The notes: generated by a model not told the origin, from the sequence alone. Counted from the first letter of the stretch, positions 26,033 through 36,343 are shown. The stretch: DNA of 64,000 bases from an uncultured Oscillospiraceae bacterium (GCA_964512095.1 CAZEIH010000001.1:126091-190090), one strand, 5' to 3'. Translations and numbers: made by a program.

Positions 26033-27397
26033 TCAGAACTTATCGCCCAGCTTGTAATCGGCGATCAGCTCCAGACGGCTGCTGCGGCCGGTTTTCTTGA
26101 AGATGTTGCCGGCATGGAATTTTACCGTACTTTCTGTGATATACAGTGCGTTGGCAATCTCTGAATTGGACATGCCCTGTATAATAAAATTGAAAATGTC
26201 CTGTTCTCTAACCGATAGTCCAAAGTGGTTTACATACTCGGTCAGCCGCCGCTTTTCCGCCGCCTCCGGGCTTGTAATGGAAATGTACAGTTTCTGATAC
26301 AGCAGGAAGAAAAGTACGGTTACAAGCATGTAAACAACACTTGAAAGCACAATGAGGGGAATGCCTGTAAGTACGTCGGCGCATAACGTTCCGACTGCCT
26401 CTCCAAGACGTCCCACCAACAAACCGAACACAGCAAGAGCCGGCATACCCATCTTGTCGGAAATGTCTGAGAAAACCAGAATACGGTGCACCGACCAGAA
26501 ACCCAAGAACAGATAGGCCAGCATCCACATAGCTGTTTCTCCGGCAGAGTTACTGCCAAGTGCCAATGCCGCAAATGGAAAAGCAAGCGCTGCCAGACAA
26601 CAGATTGCTCCCCAACGTCGGTTTCTGTCGCTGACAACTCCGGCGATAATAAGACCAACGCCATAAAATGCGCGTGTGAACTCTATATAGACACTGCCCA
26701 TTGCTCCTTTGAGCGGGAAGGAGAAGCCGAGTGTGTTTTCCATCGATAACAGCAATAGCACAACTGCGGCTAGCCAAACAGTCTTTTTTTTAAAACCGGC
26801 ATGAAAATATCGGCTTTTTTCAGCCGCAGGAGGTGATGGAAGCCAACGCAGGAGTAATAATGACACAACTGCGAGCAACACTATGGCAAAGAAGCTATTG
26901 CTATGCCACAGGAAACGTTTACCCATCGGAAGAGAAATAAGCCATGTACAAATACTGCCAAAGGCGTATGCAGAGCCAAACACCAACCCTCGGCGCTGCT
27001 GCGGAATATCCGTGGAAAGCCTCGTCAGATAGCATCCTGACAAGATTCCGATTGATATGTTGAGCAATGCACCGGCAGCAATAATAACCGCTAAAGATGG
27101 TGAAAAAAATGACGCTGCTGTGCAGATTAATGCGATTATGGTAGTCAGGAGGGGGAATAACCGACCGCCGCCAAGAGAGGAGCGTTTTGCGAAAAGCAGT
27201 CCGGCCGCGCCGATGCCGGCAGCTTGGCAGACATAGTATGCCCCGCATACCAGCAGATTCACCGTTCCTCCATCCAGCATACTGAGCATCCGGTACGCTT
27301 GTGTAATATATGCCGTACCCGTCCAAAGAAAACCAAGACCGATAAGTGCAACAAAATACGGATACCTGCTTCTTATCTGGATACCATTTTTTATCAT
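26033..27397 (-). CDS. Polytopic membrane protein fused to a C-terminal LuxR-type HTH
   Basis: About 380 aa with 10 or more hydrophobic segments, then LSVREQDIFNFIIQGMSNSEIANALYITESTVKFHAGNIFKKTG. Lies in GC-richer DNA. Confidence 0.75.
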   Translation of the reverse strand: MIKNGIQIRSRYPYFVALIGLGFLWTGTAYITQAYRMLSMLDGGTVNLLVCGAYYVCQAAGIGAAGLLFAKRSSLGGGRLFPLLTTIIALICTAASFFSPSLAVIIAAGALLNISIGILSGCYLTRLSTDIPQQRRGLVFGSAYAFGSICTWLISLPMGKRFLWHSNSFFAIVLLAVVSLLLLRWLPSPPAAEKSRYFHAGFKKKTVWLAAVVLLLLSMENTLGFSFPLKGAMGSVYIEFTRAFYGVGLIIAGVVSDRNRRWGAICCLAALAFPFAALALGSNSAGETAMWMLAYLFLGFWSVHRILVFSDISDKMGMPALAVFGLLVGRLGEAVGTLCADVLTGIPLIVLSSVVYMLVTVLFFLLYQKLYISITSPEAAEKRRLTEYVNHFGLSVREQDIFNFIIQGMSNSEIANALYITESTVKFHAGNIFKKTGRSSRLELIADYKLGDKF

Positions 27398-27617
27398 ACT
27401 TTATCTCCTGTGATTAGGATTGCAAATACAAATATTAGTCCACATATATTGACATAATTATAGCATACGCCAGCAGTAAGTATAAAGAAAAAAGTCAAAA
27501 AAGAGAGAATAAAGTCCACCTATACTAAAACTATACCGCTCTTTTAGCCCGTCTGTACCCTATCTGGACTGTCCATGCAGAAAATTGACGTTTATGCTGA
27601 TATTGGAGGTGATCGAC

Positions 27618-27944
27618 ATGACATCACTGAGACGATGTTTTGCCTATGAGAAGAACATCGTTATAAATGCCCTGTACGATACCATCGAGGCATTGGGGCT
27701 ATCTCTTGACAGCTCAAACAGCATGCGTGGCACGTTGATAGTTTCCGACACGAACCATACCGGTAAAATGCGTATCGCACTCAGCTTTGACGCAGTTAGG
27801 AAGCAAACTCAGGTAGAGATCTATCCTGTGGACTCCGGAATAAACATTACTGAAGACTGGAGTACTGTTATTTTGGATGAACTCTCGGGAAGAATGGAGT
27901 ATTTGCACCAATTCGTTCGTGAAAGCAGCAACGGGTTATATTGA
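27618..27944 (+). CDS. Hypothetical small protein
   Basis: RBS GGAGGTG before the ATG at 27618. First gene of a co-oriented cluster divergent from the LuxR gene. Confidence 0.5.
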   Translation: MTSLRRCFAYEKNIVINALYDTIEALGLSLDSSNSMRGTLIVSDTNHTGKMRIALSFDAVRKQTQVEIYPVDSGINITEDWSTVILDELSGRMEYLHQFVRESSNGLY

Positions 27945-27977
27945 ACGAAGCACTAAGATATGAGAGGTGGAGTTTAA

Positions 27978-29474
27978 ATGAAAAAAGCACAACGTATTTT
28001 AGCAGCCATATGTATAGTCTTTATCACACTTACAGCATTAACGTTTAATGTCTACGGCGCAGAGCCTTCAATGACAAACTTTGATAAAGCGCAAAGCTAC
28101 AAGCCGGGGCAGTTTCCTGATATTACCGAAAATGAATGGTTCGGCTATAATAAGCAGCGTGTTGTTTGCAAGGCGTATGAATTGGGCCTGATGCAGGGAA
28201 AGGGCACCATGTTTGACCCAAATGCCGGAGTTACCTTAGCTGAAGCAGTTACAATGGCCGCAAGATTAAATAATATCTATAGCGGCGGCGATTGGGAGTT
28301 TCACCAGAGCTCCCCATGGTATTATACATATCTGGAATATTCCGTTTATAAGGAAATAGTCCAGGTTGACACTTTTGAAGATCTGACAAGACCAGCCACC
28401 AGAGCGGAAGTGGCTTACATATTTGCCCGTGCCCTTCCCGAAGGTGAATTTGCCGCTATTAATAAAATAGATGCCTTGCCTGATGTTAATTCCGGTACAC
28501 CTTACCAGAGCGAAATCTTTAGGCTCTACAAATCGGGTATTCTTACCGGTAACGATGCATATGGCACTTTTGGACCAAATGAGACGATTACCCGCGCACA
28601 GGCAGCAGCTATCATAACGAGGATAGCCCTTCCCTCGGAAAGAGTATCATTCACTCCAGCAAAAAAGGATGAACCGGCAGATAAAAAAGAAACAGTGAGC
28701 GAAGAACCCGCCAGTGTAATACCTGTCTGGAGTGAGGTCTATACTGAGGGCATGACCGTAAAAACAAAGGATGAATTAGCTGATCTGGTCGATGCTGCAT
28801 TCTATAACCTTGTTCCGAAATTCGAAATCTTGCTCGAAAATGCCGCATACGATGAATACTTTGACGACGTTGATTTTTCGGTGAGGCATTCGAATTTAGG
28901 CTACACTAGTTCGAATTATGATTATCAAACCAAAGTGTTTAGTCAAGAAATTAAGTATCTCCTGTTTCACCAAATGAAGGCTCTCATATTCAACCGGAAA
29001 GCTATTGAACTGTATGTAACAGAGGAAATGCGTGATTATGATACAAAAATGAATGCAATACTGGACAAAATAATTAAAACTGGCATGACTGAGAAAGAAA
29101 AGGTCAAGGCCGTTCACGACTATATGGTCGTTAACTACAGATATGACGAAAATTTTGAGGTAGGCTTATACGGCACTGATACCTATGCCTTTCACGGGCT
29201 TTTGAATTACGGGACCGGCGTCTGCCAAGCATATGCGGAATTGTTCTACCTTTTTATGAGCTATGTAGATATCGAATGTATCTTTGTGGGAGGCTGGGCG
29301 GACGGCGGAACCGGCGAGTATGGACTTCATGCATGGAATGTTGTCTATGCTGACGATGGCTACTATCATGTTGATGTGACCTTTGATGACACGCTGCCTG
29401 ACTCAGGCAGCAAAATCTCATATGATTATTTCCTGAAAACAGATGATGAAATGGCAATAGATCATGATTGGTGA
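27978..29474 (+). CDS. Secreted protein with SLH-like repeats and a C-terminal transglutaminase-like cysteine protease domain
   Basis: Signal peptide. SLH-like segments (…TRAEVAYIFARAL, ITRAQAAAIITRIA). Transglutaminase core GVCQAYAELF…GLHAWNVVY…HVDVTFDD. Confidence 0.7.
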   Translation: MKKAQRILAAICIVFITLTALTFNVYGAEPSMTNFDKAQSYKPGQFPDITENEWFGYNKQRVVCKAYELGLMQGKGTMFDPNAGVTLAEAVTMAARLNNIYSGGDWEFHQSSPWYYTYLEYSVYKEIVQVDTFEDLTRPATRAEVAYIFARALPEGEFAAINKIDALPDVNSGTPYQSEIFRLYKSGILTGNDAYGTFGPNETITRAQAAAIITRIALPSERVSFTPAKKDEPADKKETVSEEPASVIPVWSEVYTEGMTVKTKDELADLVDAAFYNLVPKFEILLENAAYDEYFDDVDFSVRHSNLGYTSSNYDYQTKVFSQEIKYLLFHQMKALIFNRKAIELYVTEEMRDYDTKMNAILDKIIKTGMTEKEKVKAVHDYMVVNYRYDENFEVGLYGTDTYAFHGLLNYGTGVCQAYAELFYLFMSYVDIECIFVGGWADGGTGEYGLHAWNVVYADDGYYHVDVTFDDTLPDSGSKISYDYFLKTDDEMAIDHDW

Positions 29475-29594
29475 TGCGAGATATCCGGCGCCCAAACGAT
29501 GGTGACCGAAGAATTGAATGGTGTGATAGATAAAGCTGTCACTCAGATTCCATTGATAGTGTTGTCAAGATATTGAAAGGGGTGGATGTAATAA

Positions 29595-31244
29595 ATGAGA
29601 AAAAGCAAATTGTGTATTTTTCTTCTATGCGCTATGATGCTTATGGCGCTGATGCCAACAGCAGCGTTGGCCACAGAACCTGCGCTAGCGGTGGACATTG
29701 TCACGGACGTTTCAACGGTTACAGAACTGAGGACAGCGCTGGAAAATAATGCGGGCGCTCATATCAGGCTGACAAAGAATATCACCTTCACCAAGGCAAA
29801 CGCAGCTGACAGGGATATCGGTGTTTATCTCGGCGAGGGCTGCTATACCATTGATTTGAACGGTTTTACGCTGAAATATCATTACATGACGGGCGGTGAG
29901 TTCACTGACCAAGGCTCGCCGCTGGCAAGCGGTAAGGCCAAGCTGCTCGTTATTAACGGCCCCGGTTCACTTATTGGAGGCAGCCATGGTTTTGAGCAAC
30001 TCGACCAGTTCGGCACTTTAATCGTCAATGGCGGCACGTTCAAGGGGGTCATGGGCTTCGGCATCCGCATGACCGGCGGCATTACTTATATGAACGGCGG
30101 GACTGTGACAGGTAATTTCGGTGGAATTGAACACGGGGACGGTATTGTCATAATGAACGGCGGAAACGTGAAAAGCGTGGTTCATAACCCTAGGGGCAGC
30201 ATAACGCCGAAAAAATACGGTTTGATCAAGGACGGCGTATTTACCGGCAACACTGTTCTTGAGGATATAATTCTGATTGTCCCCGATCTCACTATAAAAG
30301 CGGGATCGTCCATTAAGTTAATACGCGGCGGAGGGCTTGTCGTCAAGAACAGCTTAGTCAACAATGGCACGTTCACTTATGAATCGGGACTGAAATCCAT
30401 AGGTGGCAAGGCAGTGATAAGCAAGGATTTTCAGGTTACTATTGCACAGGATGTAACATTCAGCTCTCTAAAGATGCAGGAGCGTGCTCGGCTGATCATA
30501 GAAAACGGAGCGACTGTGGCCGTCAGCGACACTTTTGTCACGGAGCAGGACTGCTCTATCATAGCTAAAAACGGAACCCTCAGGCTTTTGGGCAGCATTG
30601 ACCATAGTGGATATGCCGAGGGCGTTCCTGAGCTTGAGGCGCTTCAGGACGGTAACGGCGGCGGAGGTCAAGGTCCAGGGCCGGAGCAGCGTGACTTCAT
30701 TGCTGAAACCGCTGCTGCCGAAAAGCTCAAGGCACTGGGGCTATTTCAAGGCGTTGGAACCAACCCGGACGGCAGTACAAACTTTGACCTCGCTCGAAAA
30801 CCCTCGCGAACAGAGGCGCTGGTCATGCTCATACGGCTGCTCGGCAAGGATAACGAGGTCATATCCGGAAGCTGGACTCATCCCTTCACCGATGTTCCGA
30901 AGTGGGCGGACAATTATGTTGGATATGCCTATGAAAACAAGCTCACAAACGGCATCTCCGCAACCGAGTTTGGTACAGGAACGGCCTCCTACAAGACATA
31001 TCTGACCTTCGTTTTGCGCGCGCTCGGCTACTCGGATAAGGGAGGTGTCGATTTCACATGGGACATGCCTGATGATCTGGCGCTTTCCATTGGTATCATG
31101 GCTGCGGGTATGCACCATGAAAATTTCCTCCGCGCCGACGTGGTGCTGGTTTCAGAAGCCGCATTGTCGGCAAGGCTCAAGGATGGCAGTGATTTGCTGC
31201 TTGATAAGCTGATTGAAGATGGAGCTGTCACACAGGTGCCATGA
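29595..31244 (+). CDS. Secreted repeat protein (NGG-type beta-helix-like repeats) with C-terminal SLH-like anchoring region
   Basis: Signal peptide. Repeats VNGGTFKG / MNGGTVTG / MNGGNVKS. A Gly-rich linker GNGGGGQGPGPE. C-terminal HPFTDVPKWADNYVGYAYENKL. Confidence 0.6.
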   Translation: MRKSKLCIFLLCAMMLMALMPTAALATEPALAVDIVTDVSTVTELRTALENNAGAHIRLTKNITFTKANAADRDIGVYLGEGCYTIDLNGFTLKYHYMTGGEFTDQGSPLASGKAKLLVINGPGSLIGGSHGFEQLDQFGTLIVNGGTFKGVMGFGIRMTGGITYMNGGTVTGNFGGIEHGDGIVIMNGGNVKSVVHNPRGSITPKKYGLIKDGVFTGNTVLEDIILIVPDLTIKAGSSIKLIRGGGLVVKNSLVNNGTFTYESGLKSIGGKAVISKDFQVTIAQDVTFSSLKMQERARLIIENGATVAVSDTFVTEQDCSIIAKNGTLRLLGSIDHSGYAEGVPELEALQDGNGGGGQGPGPEQRDFIAETAAAEKLKALGLFQGVGTNPDGSTNFDLARKPSRTEALVMLIRLLGKDNEVISGSWTHPFTDVPKWADNYVGYAYENKLTNGISATEFGTGTASYKTYLTFVLRALGYSDKGGVDFTWDMPDDLALSIGIMAAGMHHENFLRADVVLVSEAALSARLKDGSDLLLDKLIEDGAVTQVP

Positions 31245-31286
31245 ATAATAGTAGTGTCAATATATTGAAAGAGGAGTGAAGTTGAA

Positions 31287-34200
31287 ATGAAAAAAATGAA
31301 ATTGTTTGCATTTGTTATGTGCGTCGCGATGCTTGTGACGCTGATACCCACGGTAGCCTTGGCAGCAGATCCTCAAATAGTAGGGTATATCGATCACGAT
31401 ATTACGGTAGATACGACATGGCCTGTCGGAGAATACTATATCTGCAGGACAGAAGACAACAACGAACCAATAGTGGCAAGCGGTGTTACGTTGACAATCG
31501 AGAGCGGTTCAAAAGTATATTTTGGTTATCGCACTAATGTGCCAATACCAAGTACTGAAACGATTCCCTATTCATGTCTGACAGTAAACGGTACCCTGAA
31601 TGCAACCGGTGTAACATTTACTACCATTCCCGACGTCGGAGATCAGACCGATTGGCGGGATGCCGGATGGATGGGCATAGAGGCCAGGTCTGAAGACTCG
31701 TCAAATGCAGCAAGCCTTTCGTTTACCAATTGCATATTTGAATACTGCTGCGGCTCAGGAACTCTGTGCGGAGCAGATTCCAACGACGGTGGAGATAATC
31801 AAAGGGTTGATATAACTGTGTCGGGCTGTACGTTCGAAAACCCGATAAAAGAGGTAACAGATGGACTCTATGCGGCCATCCGTTATAACAACGGGTATCA
31901 TCTGGCCGGAACAGGAACACTTTCCGTCTCTGGCTCTAACTTTACAGACTATAGTCACGGTGTTCTGGTAGAGGGAAACTCCCGGGACGATATCGATGTA
32001 TCCGTCAACGGCTGCACGTTTACCGATATAGGCATAATGCCGGTGACAATTCACAGTGGTCGGTCAGCAAGCGTGACAAACTGCACATTCAACAATATAG
32101 AAAGTATACGGGACGGTGCAGCTCATATATTTACCGACTATGAAGCAAGTAATAAGGTTCAAACGGTTACGCTGACGGGCAATATCTTCAACGGGGCTCC
32201 CACAACGACCAAATACCCGGTCGTAGTTGGAGCCAATGTAAAAATTAACGAAAATGTAACTAGCGATACCAGCACATTCAGTGCAGATTATCCTGCGGTA
32301 TACCGGTATATAAGATTTTCAGGCGGTATCGGCAGCACCAGTACAACCAACCCCTCTGTTGAGCATGCGGTTTGGGGCTTTACGGGCATTCCGTACCTGA
32401 TGACTAACGGTGTGAAGGTCTCAGGAAATGGAACTAAAGACGATGGCATCCACAGCTCTCTTGAAATAAAACCCGGCGTTACTGTTAACTTTGCTGCAGG
32501 AGTAGGACTTACAATAGACGGAGCATTAACAGCTGAAGGTGAAAACGGTAACCCCATCACTTTCCAAAAACAACAAGGCGCGGATTGGTGCTTTGGACTT
32601 GAAGCCGACGGTGCTCTTGAGGGTCCTATCAGCTTAAAATACTGTAACGTTAATGACTTAAACAGCGGCATTAACGTTAAGGCACCAAGTACAGCTACGA
32701 CGCCTCCCACCATTGCGATTGAAAACTGTACAATTCAAAGCGTGAACCACCAAACTGCTTTAAAAGGCAAAAACATAACGGTCACAGACTCCGGCTTCAC
32801 AGGTCTTGGCGTTGATTTGGCCAACAGCCGTAATGTGACGATAACAGATTGTACAATCACCATGAACGCAGGAAGCTGGACCGAAAACGGCGTAAAAATA
32901 GAAAACTGTGATAACATTACGCTGCAGGGCTGCGATATTACATCAAATGGGGTACTGGGCGGAAATGGTGTTGACATTTACAATTCAAAATCTGTTTTAC
33001 TAAAAAACTGCCTCGTTACAGAGTTCCCCGAATATGGGGTCAGCCTTAATCGAAATCCTTATGAGACTATAGAAGAGGGTGCACCACTTATTGAGAACTG
33101 TACCGTAGTCTCTAACGGATACGCCGGTGCTATTTTCAGGTATTCCGGCAATGTCAATAATCCAGTTGAATACAGTTCTTTTATCAAGAATAGTATCATC
33201 ACTAATAACGGGGTCGCCTTACCAGAAGATGATCCAAAGCTGGATATAATCCGTTTAGCTGGCTATGCAGTTGCCATCCCTGAGGGTAGTATCTTGTATT
33301 CACTTATAGGTAACGATGACGCACCATTTGGCGTCTATTATTATTCTCACCCCTCATTATTGAATGCTGGATATCCAATGAGTATTTATCCGATCCCAAC
33401 GACTGCCTACTCAAACCGTGTTAGCGGTCCTGCAAACTTTACCGATGCAGAAAATAATGATTACCATTTAAAATCTGCAGAGGGCAGATGGGACGGAAAC
33501 GGGTGGGTCAATGACGACGTTACGAGCAATTGCATCAATGCAGGCGATCCGAACTCCTCATTTGCTAACGAGCCGGCTGACAACGGGGACCGAATCAATA
33601 TAGGCCGTTACGGCAACACGGCAGAAGCCTCAAAACTAGCCACCACCAATCCGTCCTATTTGCAGTACATTAATCTACCTGACGGAAAGGTTGGCCAATA
33701 TGATGCTTATACAATTACGCCGGAGAGTAGCTCCGTTTCACCTGTGGTTTCTGGCGAAAGCTACAGCTTTACCGTTACAGTAAACAGTTATCATTATAAG
33801 ACCGGTGGCTTTGCGGTTAAGGTCGATGGCGTAGAGCTGAGTTCGGTGGATAATATTTACACCATCGAGAATATCACAGAAGACAAAACAATAACCGTGG
33901 AGGGCATTGCGCTGATACAAGGTCCAACATTCCTCGCTCAGCCTCAAGACTTAACTGTTGCTCCGGGAGCACCGGCGTCCTTTAGTGTCGAAGTAGAAAC
34001 GGAGGGCTATGAGCCTACATATAAATGGAGAGTGAGCGAAGACGGCGGAGAAAACTGGGTGGACGCAGGAGATACTGACGCACAGCTTAATATTGCATCA
34101 ACCACTATCACGCAAAGCGGTTGGAAATACATCTGCTTTGTATACTATCCGTACGGGGGCAATTCTTATTCCGTTGCAAGCGAAGTGGCAACGCTTACAG

Positions 34201-35516
34201 TTGTAGATGATGAGACCCAGTACAGTATCGCTGTCAGCGTAAGCCCCGCAGCGGGCGGTGCGGTAAGCGGCGGAGGCAGCGTCAATGCGGGTGCATCCGT
34301 CACTGTTACAGCCACACCTAACGCAAGCTACAACTTTGTCAAATGGACGGAGAGCGGAGCGCAGGTCAGTACCAGTGCGAGCTATACATTCAATGTTACT
34401 GGGAACCGTACACTTGTCGCCGTTTTTGAGAGCGCAACACCACCACCGCCGCCGCCACCACCACCGCCATCCGATCCGCCTGTCACTAATCAACCAGTCA
34501 TTACTCCTCCAGTCAACGAGATTGGCAACGGCGAAAGCATCACAGCCTCAAACCTCGCGAGTCTTATCTCGGAAGGCAAGGATCTTATCGTGGAGGATGA
34601 TGATGGTGCAAAGCTGGTATTTAATGCTGAAGCCCTCAAAGGCATCAGCAGTCAGGCAATCGGTAGTGTCAAGGCTGAAATTTCAGACGTGTCGGATGAA
34701 TATCAGGAAACTTATCCCGACAAGCTGGTGTTCTCATTGACAGTAACTTCCGGTGACAAGGTCATCACCAATTTCGACGGTTCTGTCACAGTATCTCTGC
34801 CCTATGAGCTGAAAGAAGGCGAAGACCCTAAGAATGTCAAGGTCTGGCATCTCGCAGCGGACGGCTCTATGACAGAAATTCCCTGTACCTATAATCCCTC
34901 GACTAAAAAGGTAAGCTTTGTTGTCAGCCACTTCTCCTTGTATATGGTAGGTGTCGCTTCTACACATGTCAATCCTTTTACCGATGTGAATGAGAAGGAT
35001 TGGTTCTATAACGCGGTTAGTTTCGCCTACAAAAACGGTTTAATGACCGGCACAGGCGATACGACCTTCAGCCCGCAGGCCAACACCTCCCGGGGCATGA
35101 TAGTCACCATCCTCTGGCGGTTGGAAGGCGAACCGGATACGGCAAATCCCATTGCCTTCACAGACGTTGATGAGGGTAAATGGTATCACGATGCCGTGGC
35201 ATGGGCTTCGGAAAAAGGCATTGTTGACGGTTACTCTAAAGATAAATTCGGGCCAGAAGACAACACTACCCGTGAGCAGATGGCCAAGATACTTTGCTCA
35301 TATGCGGCTTACAAGAGCTACGATGTAAGCGCCCGCGGCGATCTATCAGTATTCACCGACAGTCCATCGAACTGGGCGTTGGAGTATATGCAGTGGGCAG
35401 TTGCCGAGGGTCTGTTTCAAGGCAAGGGCAATGCTATCCTTGACCCGCTGGGCAATACCAAACGCAGTGAGTGCGCAGCCATTTTACAGAGATTTATAGA
35501 AAAGTATAACCCATAA
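31287..35516 (+). CDS. Giant surface protein: parallel beta-helix repeats, Ig-like and Listeria-Bacteroides-type repeat, poly-Pro linker, three C-terminal SLH domains
   Basis: 1409 aa with a signal peptide. Repeated NCT/GC..T.NG right-handed beta-helix-like motifs. SVSPAAGGAVSGGGSVNAGASVTVTATPNASYNFVKWT repeat. A PPPPPPPPPSDPP linker. SLH motifs FTDVNEKDWFYNAV, FTDVDEGKWYHDAV, FTDSPSNWALEYM. Confidence 0.8.
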   Translation: MKKMKLFAFVMCVAMLVTLIPTVALAADPQIVGYIDHDITVDTTWPVGEYYICRTEDNNEPIVASGVTLTIESGSKVYFGYRTNVPIPSTETIPYSCLTVNGTLNATGVTFTTIPDVGDQTDWRDAGWMGIEARSEDSSNAASLSFTNCIFEYCCGSGTLCGADSNDGGDNQRVDITVSGCTFENPIKEVTDGLYAAIRYNNGYHLAGTGTLSVSGSNFTDYSHGVLVEGNSRDDIDVSVNGCTFTDIGIMPVTIHSGRSASVTNCTFNNIESIRDGAAHIFTDYEASNKVQTVTLTGNIFNGAPTTTKYPVVVGANVKINENVTSDTSTFSADYPAVYRYIRFSGGIGSTSTTNPSVEHAVWGFTGIPYLMTNGVKVSGNGTKDDGIHSSLEIKPGVTVNFAAGVGLTIDGALTAEGENGNPITFQKQQGADWCFGLEADGALEGPISLKYCNVNDLNSGINVKAPSTATTPPTIAIENCTIQSVNHQTALKGKNITVTDSGFTGLGVDLANSRNVTITDCTITMNAGSWTENGVKIENCDNITLQGCDITSNGVLGGNGVDIYNSKSVLLKNCLVTEFPEYGVSLNRNPYETIEEGAPLIENCTVVSNGYAGAIFRYSGNVNNPVEYSSFIKNSIITNNGVALPEDDPKLDIIRLAGYAVAIPEGSILYSLIGNDDAPFGVYYYSHPSLLNAGYPMSIYPIPTTAYSNRVSGPANFTDAENNDYHLKSAEGRWDGNGWVNDDVTSNCINAGDPNSSFANEPADNGDRINIGRYGNTAEASKLATTNPSYLQYINLPDGKVGQYDAYTITPESSSVSPVVSGESYSFTVTVNSYHYKTGGFAVKVDGVELSSVDNIYTIENITEDKTITVEGIALIQGPTFLAQPQDLTVAPGAPASFSVEVETEGYEPTYKWRVSEDGGENWVDAGDTDAQLNIASTTITQSGWKYICFVYYPYGGNSYSVASEVATLTVVDDETQYSIAVSVSPAAGGAVSGGGSVNAGASVTVTATPNASYNFVKWTESGAQVSTSASYTFNVTGNRTLVAVFESATPPPPPPPPPPSDPPVTNQPVITPPVNEIGNGESITASNLASLISEGKDLIVEDDDGAKLVFNAEALKGISSQAIGSVKAEISDVSDEYQETYPDKLVFSLTVTSGDKVITNFDGSVTVSLPYELKEGEDPKNVKVWHLAADGSMTEIPCTYNPSTKKVSFVVSHFSLYMVGVASTHVNPFTDVNEKDWFYNAVSFAYKNGLMTGTGDTTFSPQANTSRGMIVTILWRLEGEPDTANPIAFTDVDEGKWYHDAVAWASEKGIVDGYSKDKFGPEDNTTREQMAKILCSYAAYKSYDVSARGDLSVFTDSPSNWALEYMQWAVAEGLFQGKGNAILDPLGNTKRSECAAILQRFIEKYNP

Positions 35517-35589
35517 TACAACAAGGTTACATAATGTCACCGGACTTACAGGTGTCTGGTTTACTCTGAACACATATGATAACAAAAAA

Positions 35590-35628
35590 CAGCCCAAAAT
35601 CCATTACACTTGGATTTTAGGCTGTTTT
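35590..35628 (+). terminator. Rho-independent terminator after the surface-protein operon
   Basis: Stem CAGCCCAAAATCCA / TGGATTTTAGGCTG (one mismatch), followed by TTTT. Confidence 0.65.
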
Positions 35629-35688
35629 GAATTGTTTTGATAATAAACCATGGTATCAATTACTTTGTTCACTCTTTGATGTGATATA

Positions 35689-36116
35689 TTAAAACAGTGA
35701 TATTTGAGTTAGTTTAATGCTTTTTATTTTTCGGTCTGTTATCTTATCTGATGGTTCAATACCGTATTCGTCTAGGTCAACTTCTTCGGCACATGTTTTT
35801 AAAGTAATGGCATTGGCATGGGCAATTCCAGAAAATTCTCGTGCAATAATATTAATTTCATTTTGAGTATGCTGAACTACATTTTCAGCCTTCAGATTAT
35901 TTTTCACTTTATCATAAATGTCAACAAAGCTAAAAACACAGCTGCTCGTAAATCATTTGTAATTAGCTTTGCTCCAAGTGATTTAAACATTTCTGCCACA
36001 ACAACTGAACCTGAAAATAAATCAGCTACAGTAGATCCAGAAATATCCCCATATGTTTTACTAACTATATCTTTGATGAATTCAAGTGCTTTAACTTTAG
36101 AACCCAGATATCGCAT
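35689..36116 (-). pseudogene. DNA adenine methyltransferase remnant (N-terminal motif only, frame-disrupted)
   Basis: MRYLGSKVKALEFI...VADLFSGSVVVAEMFKSLGAKLITND matches the N-terminus and AdoMet motif of D12-class methylases. The frame then breaks at 35904-35907, and no DPPY-type motif was found. Confidence 0.5.
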
Positions 36117-36343
36117 TTATATGTTCCTTTATTCTTTACATTATTTTCAGTGACTTAGAGATACTATTTGGTTTGCAACAACTTCAGATTGCCCTGTTTA
36201 GAATCTCTATTCTCATTTCTTTCAGGTATCTTTTCCATGATGTCACCAAATTGTATCATAAATTATGGTGATATTGTTTGTTCTTTGCTTAGTTAAAAGA
36301 AGTCTGATAAGCAACAAAAGCTACCACCGCTAAGAAAAAACCG

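Noticed and set aside
34440-34476. Poly-proline-coding CCR-rich tract (CCACCACCGCCGCCGCCACCACCACCGCC) as a possible tandem repeat or slippage site
   Set aside because: It lies in frame within the 1409-aa surface protein, exactly between the repeat region and the C-terminal part. That is a typical Pro-rich interdomain linker.
26097-35000. Numerous overlapping 60-150-aa ORFs on both strands (for example 26208-26528, 26919-27326, 30598-31005, 32288-32713, 34098-34493, 34285-34740)
   Set aside because: They occur only in the GC-richer block and are nested within long ORFs that have clear domains. They are Arg/Pro/Cys-rich, as expected for off-frame reading of higher-GC coding DNA.
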